A stretch of DNA of 64,000 bases. Origin: Octopus vulgaris (Eukaryota). Made by a program: the position numbers and the translations under genes. The stretch is taken from assembly GCA_951406725.2 (NCBI GenBank), contig OX597840.1:31744001-31808000 (forward strand). Direction: 5' to 3'. The notes under the pieces were generated by a model. The model ran no database searches and was not told where the DNA came from. It saw only the letters and a list, made by a program, of their open reading frames with translations. Below are positions 1 to 12,310 of this stretch, piece after piece. How positions within the stretch are numbered: the first letter of the stretch is position 1; the number at the start of each line of letters is the position of its first letter.

Positions 1-540
1 GGGAGTGGGTGGGATCTTTGTTTGCAAGGGAAGGATGGGGCTCAGTGGGTGCGGGTGGTGTTGGGGTGGATTGGGGTTCGATAAAGTTCACTTTCCTTCT
101 TCTTTTTCTTTTTTTCCTTACGATTCCCACTCAGTTTGGGCCTTCTTCTCCTCCTCCTCAGATTCTTCCTCTTCAAATTTTTCCCGCTCCGTCTCCTCCT
201 CTTCCTGGATCACTGTTTCTTTTTGTGTGGGGGAGGGCAGTAGGCTCTTATGTGGCCCCTCAGGCCACACTTATAGCACCTTGGTGCTCTGCCCTCCACC
301 CACACTCTCTTTACTATATTCCCTAAAATTATGCTGTCCGCCATCTTCTCCAGTGCACCCTCCTCTGCTTGAACGCTCATTTCTAGCGTTTTGCCACGTA
401 AACCTTCATTTTTTACGGTCCCTTGTAAAGTGTCCGTCTCTTCTTCCACATCTTTTATAATCGCCGCGACGACCCATTCGCCCTCTATGTGGAGGGGGGG
501 GGGGGTATCCCTTCAACTCTTATTCTATTTATTCTTTGGT
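1..540 (-). mobile_element. Decayed LINE ORF1 (gag-like, CCHC zinc knuckle), Tx1/L1-like, distal part
   Basis: ORF 210..449(-) has CYKCGLRGHIRAYC (CX2CX4HX4C knuckle); continues upstream across two SINE insertions. Confidence 0.7.
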
Positions 541-554
541 TCATGTAGGAGGAT

Positions 555-1233
555 GGAGGCGCAATGGCCCAGTGGTTAGGGCAGCGGACTCGCGGTCATA
601 GGATCGCGGTTTCGATTCCCAGACCGGGCGTTGTGAGTGTTTATTGAGCGAAAACACCTAAAGTTCCACGAGGCTTCGGCAGGGGATGGTGGTGATCCCT
701 GCTGTACTCTTTCACCACAACTTTCTCTCACTCTTACTTCCTGTTTCTGTTGTACCTGTATTTCAAAGGGCCGGCCTTGTCACTCTCTGTGTCACGCTGA
801 ATATCCCCGAGAACTGCGTTAAGGGTACACGTGTCTGTGGAGTGCTCAGCCACTTACACGTTAATTTCACGAGCAGGCTGTTCCGTTGATTCGGATCAAC
901 CGGAACCCTCATCGTCGTAACCGACGGAGTGCTTTCATATTCAGCGAAAACACCTAAAGCTCCACGAGGCTCCGGTAGGGGATGGTGGTGATCCCTGTTG
1001 TACTCTTTCACCACAACTTTCTCTCACTCTTACTTCCTGTTTCTGATGTACCTGTATTTCGAAGGGCCGGCCTTGTCTCTCTCTGTGTCACGCTGAATAT
1101 CCCCGAGAACTACGTTAAGGGTACACGTGTCTGTGGAGTGCTCAGCCACTTACACGTTAATTTCACGAGCAGGCTGTTCCGTTGATTCGGATCAACCGGA
1201 ACCCTCGTCGTCGTAACCGACGGAGTGCTTCCA
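555..1233 (+). mobile_element. tRNA-derived SINE family A, full copy plus 3' ~296-bp duplicate
   Basis: A-box TGGCCCAGTGG, B-box-like GGTTTCGATTCC; body repeated 296 bp later; TSD TTCATGTAGGAGG at 540-552 and 1239-1251. Confidence 0.9.
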
Positions 1234-1239
1234 TTTTTT

Positions 1240-1468
1240 TCATGTAGGAGGGTAACAATATTACTTTTTCAGTTTTTATTGTCTTCGTTGCCATTTTCCT
1301 TGCTATATTTTTGCTTTCGAACTGCACTCTTATAGTTTCGAACTCGTTTCCTCTTGTCCTGAATGTGATTTCTTCCTTCTCTCTTCTCAGCGCCTCCTCA
1401 ATATCTTCCATTTTTATTATTTCTACTTTCCTGTTATCCTTTCCATATACTTTTATAATCTCTTCATA
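1240..1468 (-). mobile_element. Same LINE ORF1, middle part
   Basis: ORF 1163..1411(-) EEALRREKEEITFRTRGNEFETIRVQFES...; bounded by the TSDs of two SINE insertions. Confidence 0.55.
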
Positions 1469-1950
1469 CTCTTTTACTTGTTTCAGTCAGTTTGACCTGC
1501 CCACCTGCTTTAGTTATGTAAGCACCTGCCTTTAGTCGATCAAATCGACCTCGGGACTTATTCTTTGTTAAGCCCAGTTCTTATTTATTCACGGCGCCAT
1601 CGGTCTCTTTCGGTGCCCCCGACACTCGAACAACCATGACTCTTCCATCAGGGAGGGGTCGTCACATATCCTCTTGTTGTCTCAAGCAACAGCTAGGGGG
1701 AACAAAACAGTATAACACGAAACCGTATCAACAAACACACACACTTATATATATATATATATACAATATATACGACAGGCTTCTTTCAGTTTCCGTCTAC
1801 ACAATTTCACGAGCGTTCACAAGGCATCTTCCGTCGGCCCGGGGTCTATACAGACAGACAGACACTTGCCGCCAAGATGCCACGCAGTGGACTGAACACG
1901 GAAACCATGTGGTTGGTTAGCAAGCTACTTACCACACAGCCACTCCTGTC
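1469..1950 (-). mobile_element. SINE family B, scrambled copy
   Basis: B head (1860-1950) and tail (1469-1490) recognisable; TSD TTTTATAATC(C)TCTTCATA at 1451-1468 and 1956-1974; interior interleaved with the neighbouring LINE sequence. Confidence 0.75.
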
Positions 1951-1955
1951 CGGTA

Positions 1956-2430
1956 TTTTATAATCCTCTTCATAAACCATTCTTCTCGTTTCTCTGGTGG
2001 GAGTAGTTTTACCTCCCCACCTACTTTACAGTTATGTAAGCTTGAAAACCTGGCAATTTTTCGTCCAGGTTTTTCTCCTTTTCCTCCGTCGTCTTCCTTT
2101 TTTGCAGCTCCAGCGTACGTCTTCGCCAGAACAGCTCGTCCTAACAGAGGTCGGTGCCTCCGACAAGGTCTCGAACAACCATTCCTCCTCCGACTCTTCC
2201 ATTTCAGAGAGGACGTCTTCCGTCCATATCCTCTTGTCCGTCTCACACAGACAGACAGACAACGGCCGCCAGAACAGAAACAGTATAACACGAAACCGTA
2301 TCGACAAACGTACAACAAAATTCAACAACAATTTTCCAACTTACTTTTTCTTCTTTTTTACACAATTTCACGAGCGTTCAAAAATAACAACCGACGTCCT
2401 CAAAATATTTTCGTCGCTTTGAGACCGCGA
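1956..2430 (-). mobile_element. LINE ORF1 N-terminus and 5' region (frameshifted)
   Basis: ORFs 2032..2331 and 1929..2318(-) join the 1240-1468 segment once the SINE is removed. Confidence 0.5.
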
Positions 2431-2533
2431 CCCATTCACTGACAAAATTCCGTGCTGCATGGAAATTCAGAAACGCAGCATGGAATTTCGTCAGTGGACA
2501 ATTCGCGGTCTCAAAGCGACGAAAATATTTTGA

Positions 2534-2634
2534 CNNNNNNNNNNNNNNNNNNNNNNNNNNNNNNNNNNNNNNNNNNNNNNNNNNNNNNNNNNNNNNNNNN
2601 NNNNNNNNNNNNNNNNNNNNNNNNNNNNNNNNNN
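2534..2634. other. Assembly gap (N run)
   Basis: About 100 Ns. Confidence 0.99.
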
Positions 2635-2669
2635 ACAGGTAGAAAGGAAAGACTGAACAACAAGATAAG

Positions 2670-4926
2670 TATCATCATCATCATTGTTCGACCGTGGTCG
2701 AGACAATGGAATTTACTATGTTACGCCAGACTTCACGGTCCATCATGGCAATACGGAAGTCCTGTTGCTGGATGCCTGTATCCTTGGAGATTACATCAGG
2801 GTAGGAGAGTGTGCGCCCTCTGGTATCGCGACCGTGGTTGAGACAATGGAAGTTACCATGCTACGCCAGACTTCACGGTCCATCATGGCATTACGGAGGT
2901 CCTGTTGCTGGATGCCTGTATCCCTGGAGATTGCATCAGGGTAGGAGAGTGTGCGCCCTCTGGTATCGCGACCGTGGTTGAGACAATGGAATTTACCATG
3001 CTACGCCAGACTTCACGGTCCATCATGGCAATACGGAGGTCCTGTTGCTGGATGCCTGTACCCCTGGAGATTACATCAGGGTAGGAGAGTGTGCGCCCTC
3101 TGGTATCGCGACCGTGGTTGAGACAATGGAAGTTACCATGCTACGCCAGACTTCACGGTCCATCATGGCATTACGGAGGTCCTGTTGCTGGATGCCTGTA
3201 TCCCTGGAGATTGCATCAGGGTAGGAGAGTGTGCGCCCTCTGGTATCGCGACCGTGGTTGAGACAATGGAATTTACCATGCTACGCCAGACTTCACGGTC
3301 CATCATGGCAATACGGAGGTCCTGTTGCTGGATGCCTGTACCCCTGGAGATTACATCAGGGTAGGAGAGTGTGCGCCCTCTGGTATCGCGACCGTGGTCG
3401 AGACAATGGAATTTACCATGCTACGCCAGACTTCACGTTCCATCATGGCATTACGGAGGTCCTGTTGCTGGATGCCTGTACCCCTGGAGATTACATCGGG
3501 GTAGGAGAGTGTGCGCCCTCTGGTATCGCGACCGTGGTCGAGACAATGGAATTTACCATGCTACGCCAGACTTCACGGTCCATCATGGCATTACGGAGGT
3601 CCTGTTGCTGGATGCCTGTACCCCTGGAGATTACATCAGGGTAGGAGAGTGTGCGCCCTCTGGTATCGCGACCGTGGTCGAGACAATGGAATTTACCATG
3701 CTACGCCAGACTTCACGTTCCATCATGGCATTACGGAGGTCCTGTTGCTGGATGCCTGTACCCCTGGAGATTACATCAGGGTAGGAGAGTGTGCGCCCTC
3801 TGGTATCGCGACCGTGGTCGAGACAATGGAATTTACCATGCTACGCCAGACTTCACGTTCCATCATGGCATTACGGAGGTCCTGTTGCTGGATGCCTGTA
3901 CCCCTGGAGATTACATCGGGGTAGGAGAGTGTGCGCCCTCTGGTATCGCGACCGTGGTCGAGACAATGGAATTTACCATGCTACGCCAGACTTCACGGTC
4001 CATCATGGCATTACGGAGGTCCTGTTGCTGGATGCCTGTACCCCTGGAGATTACATCAGGGTAGGAGAGTGTGCGCCCTCTGGTATCGCGACCGTGGTCG
4101 AGACAATGGAATTTACCATGCTACGCCAGACTTCACGGTCCATCATGGCATTACGGAGGTCCTGTTGCTGGATGCCTGTACCCCTGGAGATTACATCAGG
4201 GTAGGAGAGTGTGCGCCCTCTGGTATCGCGACCGTGGTTGAGACAATGGAAGTTACCATGCTACGCCAGACTTCACGGTCCATCATGGCATTACGGAGGT
4301 CCTGTTGCTGGATGCCTGTATCCCTGGAGATTGCATCAGGGTAGGAGAGTGTGCGCCCTCTGGTATCGCGACCATGGTCGAGACAATGGAATTTACCATG
4401 CTACGCCAGACTTCACGGTCCATCATGGCAATACGGAAGTCCTGTTGCTGGATGCCTGTATCCTTGGAGATTACATCAGGGTAGGAGAGTGTGCGCCCTC
4501 TGGTATCGCGACCGTGGTTGAGACAATGGAAGTTACCATGCTACGCCAGACTTCACGGTCCATCATGGCATTACGGAGGTCCTGTTGCTGAATGCCTGTA
4601 TCCCTGGAGATTGCATCAGGGTAGGAGAGTGTGCGCCCTCTGGTATCGCGACCGTGGTCGAGACAATGGAATTTACCATGCTACGCCAGACTTCACGGTC
4701 CATCATGGCAATACGGAAGTCCTGTTGCTGGATGCCTGTATCCCTGGAGATTGCATCAGGGTAGGAGAGTGTGCGCCCTCTGGTATCGCGACCGTGGTTG
4801 AGACAATGGAATTTACCATGCTACGCCAGACTTCACGGTCCATCATGGCAATACGGAAGTCCTGTTGCTGGATGCCTGTATCCTTGGAGATTACATCAGG
4901 GCAGGAGAGTGTGCGCCCTCTGGTAT
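2670..4926 (-). repeat. 16 x 140-bp tandem array made from the 3' end of an RTE-clade LINE, ending in a (TGA)n tail
   Basis: Units start at 2691, 2831 ... 4791; minus strand encodes ...DTGIQQQD.R.AMMDREVWRSMVNSIVSTTV; short (ATC)n at about 2671-2684. Confidence 0.9.
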
Positions 4927-6313
4927 TGCGAGTAGATGGCTTCCAGAGGAGAAGAGTAGAAATTGCCTCTTTTTCAGCTCTACAACAATGTCCAGCAAAC
5001 TGAACTCTCTTACCTTTCACAAGAGATGACACAGGTGGTAGTTTCCCATATATTTGCATTTTGGTTGGATGACGCTTCCATGAGAGATTTTGAGCTCTCA
5101 TAAGGAGGCGAGTGTAGGTTCCATCCAACTGCCTCTCGAAGAGTGTGCGCCCTCTGGTATTGCGAGTAGATGGCTTCCAGAGGAGAAGAGTAGAAATTGC
5201 CTCGTTTTCAGCTCTACAACAATGTCCAGCAAACTGGACTCTTCTACCTTTCACAAGAGATAACACAGGTGGTAGTTTCCCATATATTTGCATTTTGGTT
5301 GGATGACGCTTCCACGAGAGATTTTGAGCTCTCATAAGGAGGCGAGTGTAGGTTCCATCCAACTGCCTCTCGAAGAGTGTGCGCCCTCTGGTATTGCGAG
5401 TAGATGGCTTCCAGAGGAGAAGAGTAGAAATTGCCTCGTTTTCAGCTCTACAACAATGTCCAGCAAACTGAACTCTCCTACCTTTCACAAGAAATGACAC
5501 AGGTGGTAGTTTCCCATATATTTGCATTTTGGTTGGATGACGCTTCCACGAGAGATTTTGAGCTCTCATAAGGAGGCGAGTGTAGGTTCCATCCAACTGC
5601 CTCTCGAAGAGTGTGCGCCCTCTGGTATTGCGAGTAGATGGCTTCCAGAGGAGAAGAGTAGAAATTGCCTCGTTTTCAGCTCTACAACAATGTCCAGCAA
5701 ACTGAACTCTCCTACCTTTCACAAGAGATGACACAGGTGGTAGTTTCCCATATATTTGCATTTTGGTTGGATGATGCTTCCACGAGATATTTTGAGCTCT
5801 CATAAGGAGGCGAGTGTAGGTTCCATCCAACTGCCTCTTGAAGAGTGTGCGCCCTCTGGTATTGCGAGTAGATGGCTTCCAGAGGAGAAGAGTAGAAATT
5901 GCCTCTTTTTCAGCTCTACAACAATGTCCAGCAAACTGAACTCTCCTACCTTTCACAAGAGATGACACAGGTGGTAGTTTCCCATATATTTGCATTTTGG
6001 TTGGATGACGCTTCCACGAGAGATTTTGAGCTCTCATAAGGAGGCGAGTGTAGGTTCCATCCAACATATATAGTAGTACCTCATTTTACGTGGACCCGCT
6101 GGTATTGGTATTGCGAGTAGATGGCTTCCAGAGGAGAAGAGTAGAAATTGCCTCTTTTTCAGCTCTACAACAATGTCCAGCAAACTGAACTCTCCTACCT
6201 TTCACAAGAGATGACACAGGTGGTAGTTTCCCATATATTTGCATTTTGGTTGGATGACGTTTCCACGAGAGATTTTGAGCTCTCATAAGAAGGCGAGTGT
6301 AAGTTCCATCCAA
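4918..6313 (-). repeat. 5 x 234-bp tandem array plus a sixth unit from the RTE ORF2 C-terminus
   Basis: ORF 4703..6067(-) repeats the 78-aa LDGTYTRLLMRAQNLSWKRHPT...RRVQFAGHC...LLLWKP unit, typical of the RTE post-RT region. Confidence 0.88.
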
Positions 6314-6501
6314 CATATATAGTAGTACCTCATTTTACGTCGACCCGCTTTACGAGACATTAGGTTTAAGAGTCATATTTTTCAAGCACAGAATTTAAAT
6401 TTTGAACAAAATCCAAATGTTTCTGCTACCATTGCAAATGCTTCTGCGTGTAACCGAGAAATTTGTAGAGAGCGAAGAAAAGCATCAAAGGAAGATATCT
6501 A

Positions 6502-6668
6502 CAGGCGCAGGAGTGGCTGTGTGGTAAGTAGCTTGCTTACCAACCACATGGTTCCGGGTTCAGTCCCACTGCGGGGCATCTTGGGCAAGTGACTTCTGCT
6601 ATAGCCCCGGGCCGACCAATGCCTTGTGAGTGGATTTGGTAGACGGAAACTGAAAGAAGCCTGTCGTA

Positions 6669-6767
<99 letters not shown>

Positions 6768-6980
6768 TGTGTCTGTGTTTGTCCCCCTAGCATTGCTTGA
6801 CAAGCGATGCTGGTGTGTTTATGTCCCCGTTACTTAGCGGTTCGGCAAAAGAGATCGATAGAATAAGTACTCGGCTTGCAAAAGATTAAGTCCCGGGGGT
6901 CGAGTTGCTCGATTAAAGGGCGGTGCTCCAGCATGGCCGCAGTCAAATAACTGAAACAAGTAAAAGAGTAAAAAGAGAGT
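6502..6980 (+). mobile_element. tRNA-derived SINE family B, full length, internal (TA)n(TG)n
   Basis: A-box TGGCTGTGTGG, B-box GGTTCAGTCCC, CTTGGGCAAGT motif, tail GGCGGTGCTCCAGCATGGCCGCAGTC...GAAACAAGTAAAAGAG. Confidence 0.9.
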
Positions 6981-7152
6981 AAGTCCGTCTACGAGTTCTT
7001 GTGAATCGGCGATCGCGATTCCAAGTGATGGTTGTGCGCGAGTCTTGTGCAAGTGAAAATGATTCAGAAAAAGATTACAATAATAATAATAATAATACGT
7101 TTAAATATTTGTTGTGCAAGATTTTTTATGTGAAGTCGTGTGTTGAAACAGA

Positions 7153-7493
7153 TATTGTTATATTTCGGAATGGTCATTTTGCCAGTTTAGCCAATAAAAA
7201 CACACGCACTATATATTTATATCATATATTATATAGATATAAGCATGCGCAAATGAAGACATACAATAGAAATACAAAATGGCTGACGGTTAGTTAGGAG
7301 AGACACAAATAAGTGAGAAGAAAACAAAGGACCACTGATGCGGTCACAGGAGTGTGACGAAAGAACTCTGGCCGAAATAAGATTAAGATTAATGTAAAAA
7401 ATAAATAACACTGAAGCAAAGTAACACCAAATATATAGTGCGTGTGTTTTTATTGGCTAAACTGGCAAAATGACCATTCCGAAATATAACAAT
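7153..7493. mobile_element. Element with ~65-bp inverted repeats enclosing a hammerhead-like motif
   Basis: About 7153-7218 is the reverse complement of about 7429-7493; internal CCA-CTGATGC-G-GTCAC..GTGAC-GAAA-GAAC-TC-TGG at 7332-7371. Confidence 0.7.
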
Positions 7494-7682
7494 AATAATA
7501 ATAATAATAATTTTTTTTATTATAAATGTTGTTGACATTCTTTTACTGTACATAAAATAATCTTTATAATCTAATGTTGTTTTATTGGCTTTCATCTACG
7601 AGTATTGTAAGTTTTATAGGTAACATATTTTCCTGGGAATGAATTACGCCTTATAACAATGCTACTATGGGAATTTATGGCT

Positions 7683-7882
7683 CTGCTTTACGAGTTTTCG
7701 TTTTAAGAGCGGTCTTCAAGCATATAGGTACACATGTGTATGTGTATGTGTATGTATATATGTGTGTATGTATGTATGTATGTGCTTTACGAGTTTTCGT
7801 TTTAAGAGCGGTCTTCAAGCATATAGGTACACATGTGTATGTGTATGTGTATGTATATATGTGTGTATGTATGTATGTATGT
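7683..7882. repeat. Tandem duplication of ~100 bp
   Basis: TGCTTTACGAGTTTTCGTTTTAAGAGCGG... occurs twice in tandem. Confidence 0.85.
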
Positions 7883-8258
7883 GCACACATGTATATATAT
7901 GTATGCGTGTATATGTTTATACATATATATATGTACATAGGTGTATGTGGGTGTATGTATATATAGGTGTAAATATGTGTATATAGGGAACTAGGTGTGT
8001 TGTGTGTGCATGAGTGTATGTGCGTATGAATATATAATTTTATGTGTATATATGTATGTGTGGTCGTGGGTATATATATATATATATATATATATACATG
8101 TGTGTATGCGTGTATGCATGGGAGTGAGTGTATGCATATTTACGTGTGTGTATGTGTAGACAGGTATAGGCATGTGCATGTGTATAAATTTGTATATGTG
8201 GGCGGGTGTATGTATGTGTGTATGTAGATATGTATGTATGTGTGTATATATGTATGTG

Positions 8259-8295
<37 letters not shown>

Positions 8296-8625
8296 ATGTA
8301 TATATATGTATGTATGTGTGTGTGTGTGTAGATACGTATACATGTGTGTATAGGTATAAGTGAGAATCTCCTTATTTACCTATAACTCTATCCCCCCTTT
8401 TTTTTATATATATATATATATATATATTTTATATATATATTTTTTATATATATTTTTTATTTTTTTATTTTTTTATTTATCTATTCTTTCATCTAACTTA
8501 CCACTGACTCCTTGACCACTCCCCAAGTATGATATTTTGCGCTATGCCTACCCCCAAAAAGTCCCCCACCACCACTCCTTTAAACCTGCCTAAATGTATA
8601 AATGCTAATACAATTCTTGTTAAAT

Positions 8626-8676
8626 AGCTTCCTGAAGATTTCTCTTGAATGAAACAGTACTAGTCCTGTAGAAGCT
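8626..8676 (+). ncRNA. Type-I hammerhead ribozyme motif in a probable Penelope-like pseudo-LTR (about 8360-8762)
   Basis: AGCTTC-CTGAAGA-(TTC/GAA stem II)-GAAA-CAG..CTG-TA-GAAGCT; 6-bp stem I, 4-bp stem III; stem II closing pair mismatched. Confidence 0.75.
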
Positions 8677-8759
8677 CCTTCTATATAATAAATTAATTTT
8701 ACTCTGCTATGTATTGAGTACCTTACTTACTGTGGTTAACCCCGAATCAACCCGGGACC

Positions 8760-8815
<56 letters not shown>

Positions 8816-8929
8816 TGTGTGTGTGTGTGTGTGTGTGAGTACATATATAAAGTATGTATGTATATGTGTGTATCTACCTAAAATGGGTTCCGTGATAAAG
8901 CAGGGAAAATAACATTTTCTTTTTTAAAC

Positions 8930-9228
8930 CGGGTACTTATTTTATCAGTGTGACTTTTGCCGAATTACTAAGTAACGGAAACTTAAACTGACCAACAACG
9001 GTTGTCAGCAAGTGGTAGTGGAGACAAACACAGACAAAAAGCAACACACACATAGATACAAGCATACACGCACACACATAGATACAGGCATATACACACG
9101 CACGCACGCGCGTGCACACACAAAATCATATAAGGCTTCTTTCAGTTTCCGTTAATGAAATCCACTCACCTGGAGGTATGCGGTTGGCAAGCAAGCTTCT
9201 TACTACACAGCTCTGTCTGCACCTGTAC
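8930..9228 (-). mobile_element. SINE B, diverged and deleted
   Basis: Partial matches to the B head and middle. Confidence 0.65.
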
Positions 9229-9231
9229 ATA

Positions 9232-9291
<60 letters not shown>

Positions 9292-9323
9292 TATATATAC
9301 ATACATACATATATATATATATA

Positions 9324-9540
9324 GTTAATCCAAACATGAAAACACAAAGAGAAAACACAACAACGCGAGGACGTGGGACAAATATAGTATTATTGGACGC
9401 TCAAGAAAGAAGGGAAGAAGGAGGGTTTGACGTTTCGAGCGGAGCTCTTCGTCGGAAACATAGGAGAAGGAAAGATCCCGAGAAGGGAAGACAGAGGAAA
9501 AAAAATCGCTGGCGGTACTCACAAGGTGACATATTGAAAG
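9324..9540 (-). mobile_element. Penelope-like pseudo-LTR fragment with minimal hammerhead (9425-9459)
   Basis: Minus strand GTTT-CCGACGA-A-GAGC-TCC-GCTC-GAAAC-GTC-AAAC; homologous to 57840-58042 and 57325-57424. Confidence 0.7.
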
Positions 9541-9645
9541 ACCGGAAGTTGAAAGGTGGAAGAATAATGTTTTTTAAAGACAGGAGAGTTTCAAAGACAG
9601 TATGGTAAGGACAAGGAAATGTGTGTGGATGTGTGCAGGAGTGGA

Positions 9646-10073
9646 TGTGTGCAGGAGTGGCTGTGTGGTAAGTAGCTTGCTAACCAACCACATGGTTCTG
9701 GGTTCAGTCCCACTGCGTGGCACCTTGGGCAAGTGTCTTCTACTATAGCCCCGGGCCGACCAATGCCTTGTGAGTGGATTTGGTAGACGGAAACTGAAAG
9801 AAGCCTGTCGTATATATGTATATGTATATATATGTGTATATATATATATATGTGTGTGTGTGTGTTTGTGTGTCTGTGTTTGTTCCCCTAGCGTTGCTTG
9901 ACAACCGATGCTGGTGTGTTTACGTCCCCGTCACTTAGCGGTTCGGCAAAAAGAGACCGATAGAATAAGTACTGGGCTTACAAAAGAATAAGTCCGGGGG
10001 TCGAGTTGCTCGACTAAAGGCGGTGCTCCAGCATGGCCGCAGTTAAATGACTGAAACAAGTAAAAGAGTAAAA
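9646..10073 (+). mobile_element. SINE B, near full length
   Basis: Collinear with 6502-6980. Confidence 0.9.
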
Positions 10074-10140
<67 letters not shown>

Positions 10141-10598
10141 GTATATATATGATATTCGTAGCCAATTTAACCTGGCTGTCCGTTTGAGCGGACTTTACTG
10201 CGATTTTTTAACCCCAAGAGGACATTTCCTCTAGCTGGTTAACGATCCGCACCTGCATCCGATAAAATTGCGATCAGGGATCGAAACTCTACCATATCCT
10301 ACCGGCGGGACCAGAAGACCAGATATAGCCCCGAAACGTTCATTAACAGAAACAGTTATTGAACGCTGATATGTTCGCATCTTCTTTCTCAGAAAGTCTA
10401 CTATATTGAGGTTTGAACCCACATGGATCTACGCAGGATTGTGCTTGAGGATTTACACTCATGGATCTACGCAGGATTGCACCTAAGGACTCACGCTCGT
10501 GTTTCCATAACTTCGGAAAGTTGAACTATGAACTTATATGCCTCTTTTTCCTTCCTGCTTTCCTTCTTCTATATTGTCATCTCATTAATATGTGCCAT

Positions 10599-10983
10599 TG
10601 GAGGCGCAATGGCCCAGTGGTTAGGGGAGCGGACTCGCGGTCGTAGGATTGCGGTTTCGATTCCCAGACCGGGCATTGTGAGTGTTTATTGAGTGAAAAC
10701 TCCTAAAGCTCCACGAGGTTCTGGCAGGGGATGGTGGTGATCCCTGCTGTACTCTTTCACCACAACTTTCTCTCACTCTATCTTCCTGTTTCTGTTGTAC
10801 CTGTATTTCAAGGGGCTGGCCTTGTCACTCTCTGTGTCACGCTGAATATCCCCGAGAACTACGTTAAGGGTGCACGTGACTGTGGAGTGCTCAGCCACTT
10901 ACACGTTAATTTCACGAGCAGGCTGTTCCGTTGATTCGGATCAACCGGAAACCTCATCGTCGTTACCGACGGAGCGCTTCCAA
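10599..10983 (+). mobile_element. SINE A monomer
   Basis: Full head to tail; TSD ATGTGCCATT on both sides. Confidence 0.9.
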
Positions 10984-11290
10984 CATGTGCCATTCTCATT
11001 TTTCCTATTTTTTTCTTATTTGTCTCTCATGACGAATATTCCATACTTGAAGATATCTCGGAAACAGCTGTAAGGCTTTGAATTTTCCCCAATAATAATA
11101 ACGTATACAACTTGAGACGTTTGCCTTGCCTTAATATATGTTGTCCTCTTTAACAAATATATATCTGCTGCATCGGAATTCTGAATGGCTCCATAACTAC
11201 CGTCCCGGCCATGACCTTAGAGACTTAGTAATCCTTTACAGTAGTTACTTCGCGTGCCTAATCATTTAGATCACTTGTGAACTAAACCCC

Positions 11291-11381
<91 letters not shown>

Positions 11382-11495
11382 TTGATGAGGAGACCTTCAA
11401 CTTTTCTATGCAAAAGGAATTCCGATCCAAGAAACAAAACAATATAAAAACATACAAAAGCGAAATGTATACATTATATATATATATATATATAC

Positions 11496-11571
<76 letters not shown>

Positions 11572-11576
<5 letters not shown>

Positions 11577-11653
11577 GGACTGAACACGAAAAGTGGACAG
11601 TCAACAGTGGACAGAGCATGTTGACTGTCCACTTTTCGTGTTCAGTCCTTAAT
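11572..11653. repeat. Perfect 35-bp hairpin
   Basis: ATTAAGGACTGAACACGAAAAGTGGACAGTCAACA, 12-nt loop, exact reverse complement. Confidence 0.9.
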
Positions 11654-11747
11654 TGGTATATATAAATATTTTAATCTTCGGATTCTTTTCAATGTGCTAG
11701 ACCACTGGTTTTAATTGACTAATATCAATTTCTACCCTTAATTAACT

Positions 11748-11888
<141 letters not shown>

Positions 11889-11895
11889 CATATAC

Positions 11896-11928
<33 letters not shown>

Positions 11929-12310
11929 TATTGATAGATAGATATATAGATACATGCATACATACATATATACACACATTAATATATGCGCATGATAGAA
12001 TATACATGTTCTGTGCATTTATGCATCTAACAACGCGTGTCTTCATACACACATATATATATATATACACATATAAATTTATATATATAAGGATAAGATC
12101 GATATTTAAATACCGATCTTATCAGATGGTCAGCAGGGGAATAAAACTCTCAAATGTATTATTAAAATTATAATTTAGGATATCTAAGAGATACTAACAG
12201 TCAGCTGGAAATAGCAGCCAAAACATGACTCTCAAACCACGTTAAATGTTCATACAGCACCGGGAGAGAAGACAAAGAGACAAAATAAACTAGCAAAAAA
12301 TTACTGAATA

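Noticed and set aside
555-630. tRNA gene
   Set aside because: SINE head with A/B boxes but no complete cloverleaf, followed by the SINE body.
686-889. Recurrent 67-aa MVVIPAVLF ORF
   Set aside because: Incidental frame inside SINE A copies.
2691-4926. CRISPR-like array or repeated 137-aa genes
   Set aside because: No unique spacers; units are the antisense of a LINE 3' end.
11020-11080. Possible hammerhead relic (GAAACAGCTGTA), and a similar one near 17435-17490
   Set aside because: CUGA core and stem I too degraded to call.
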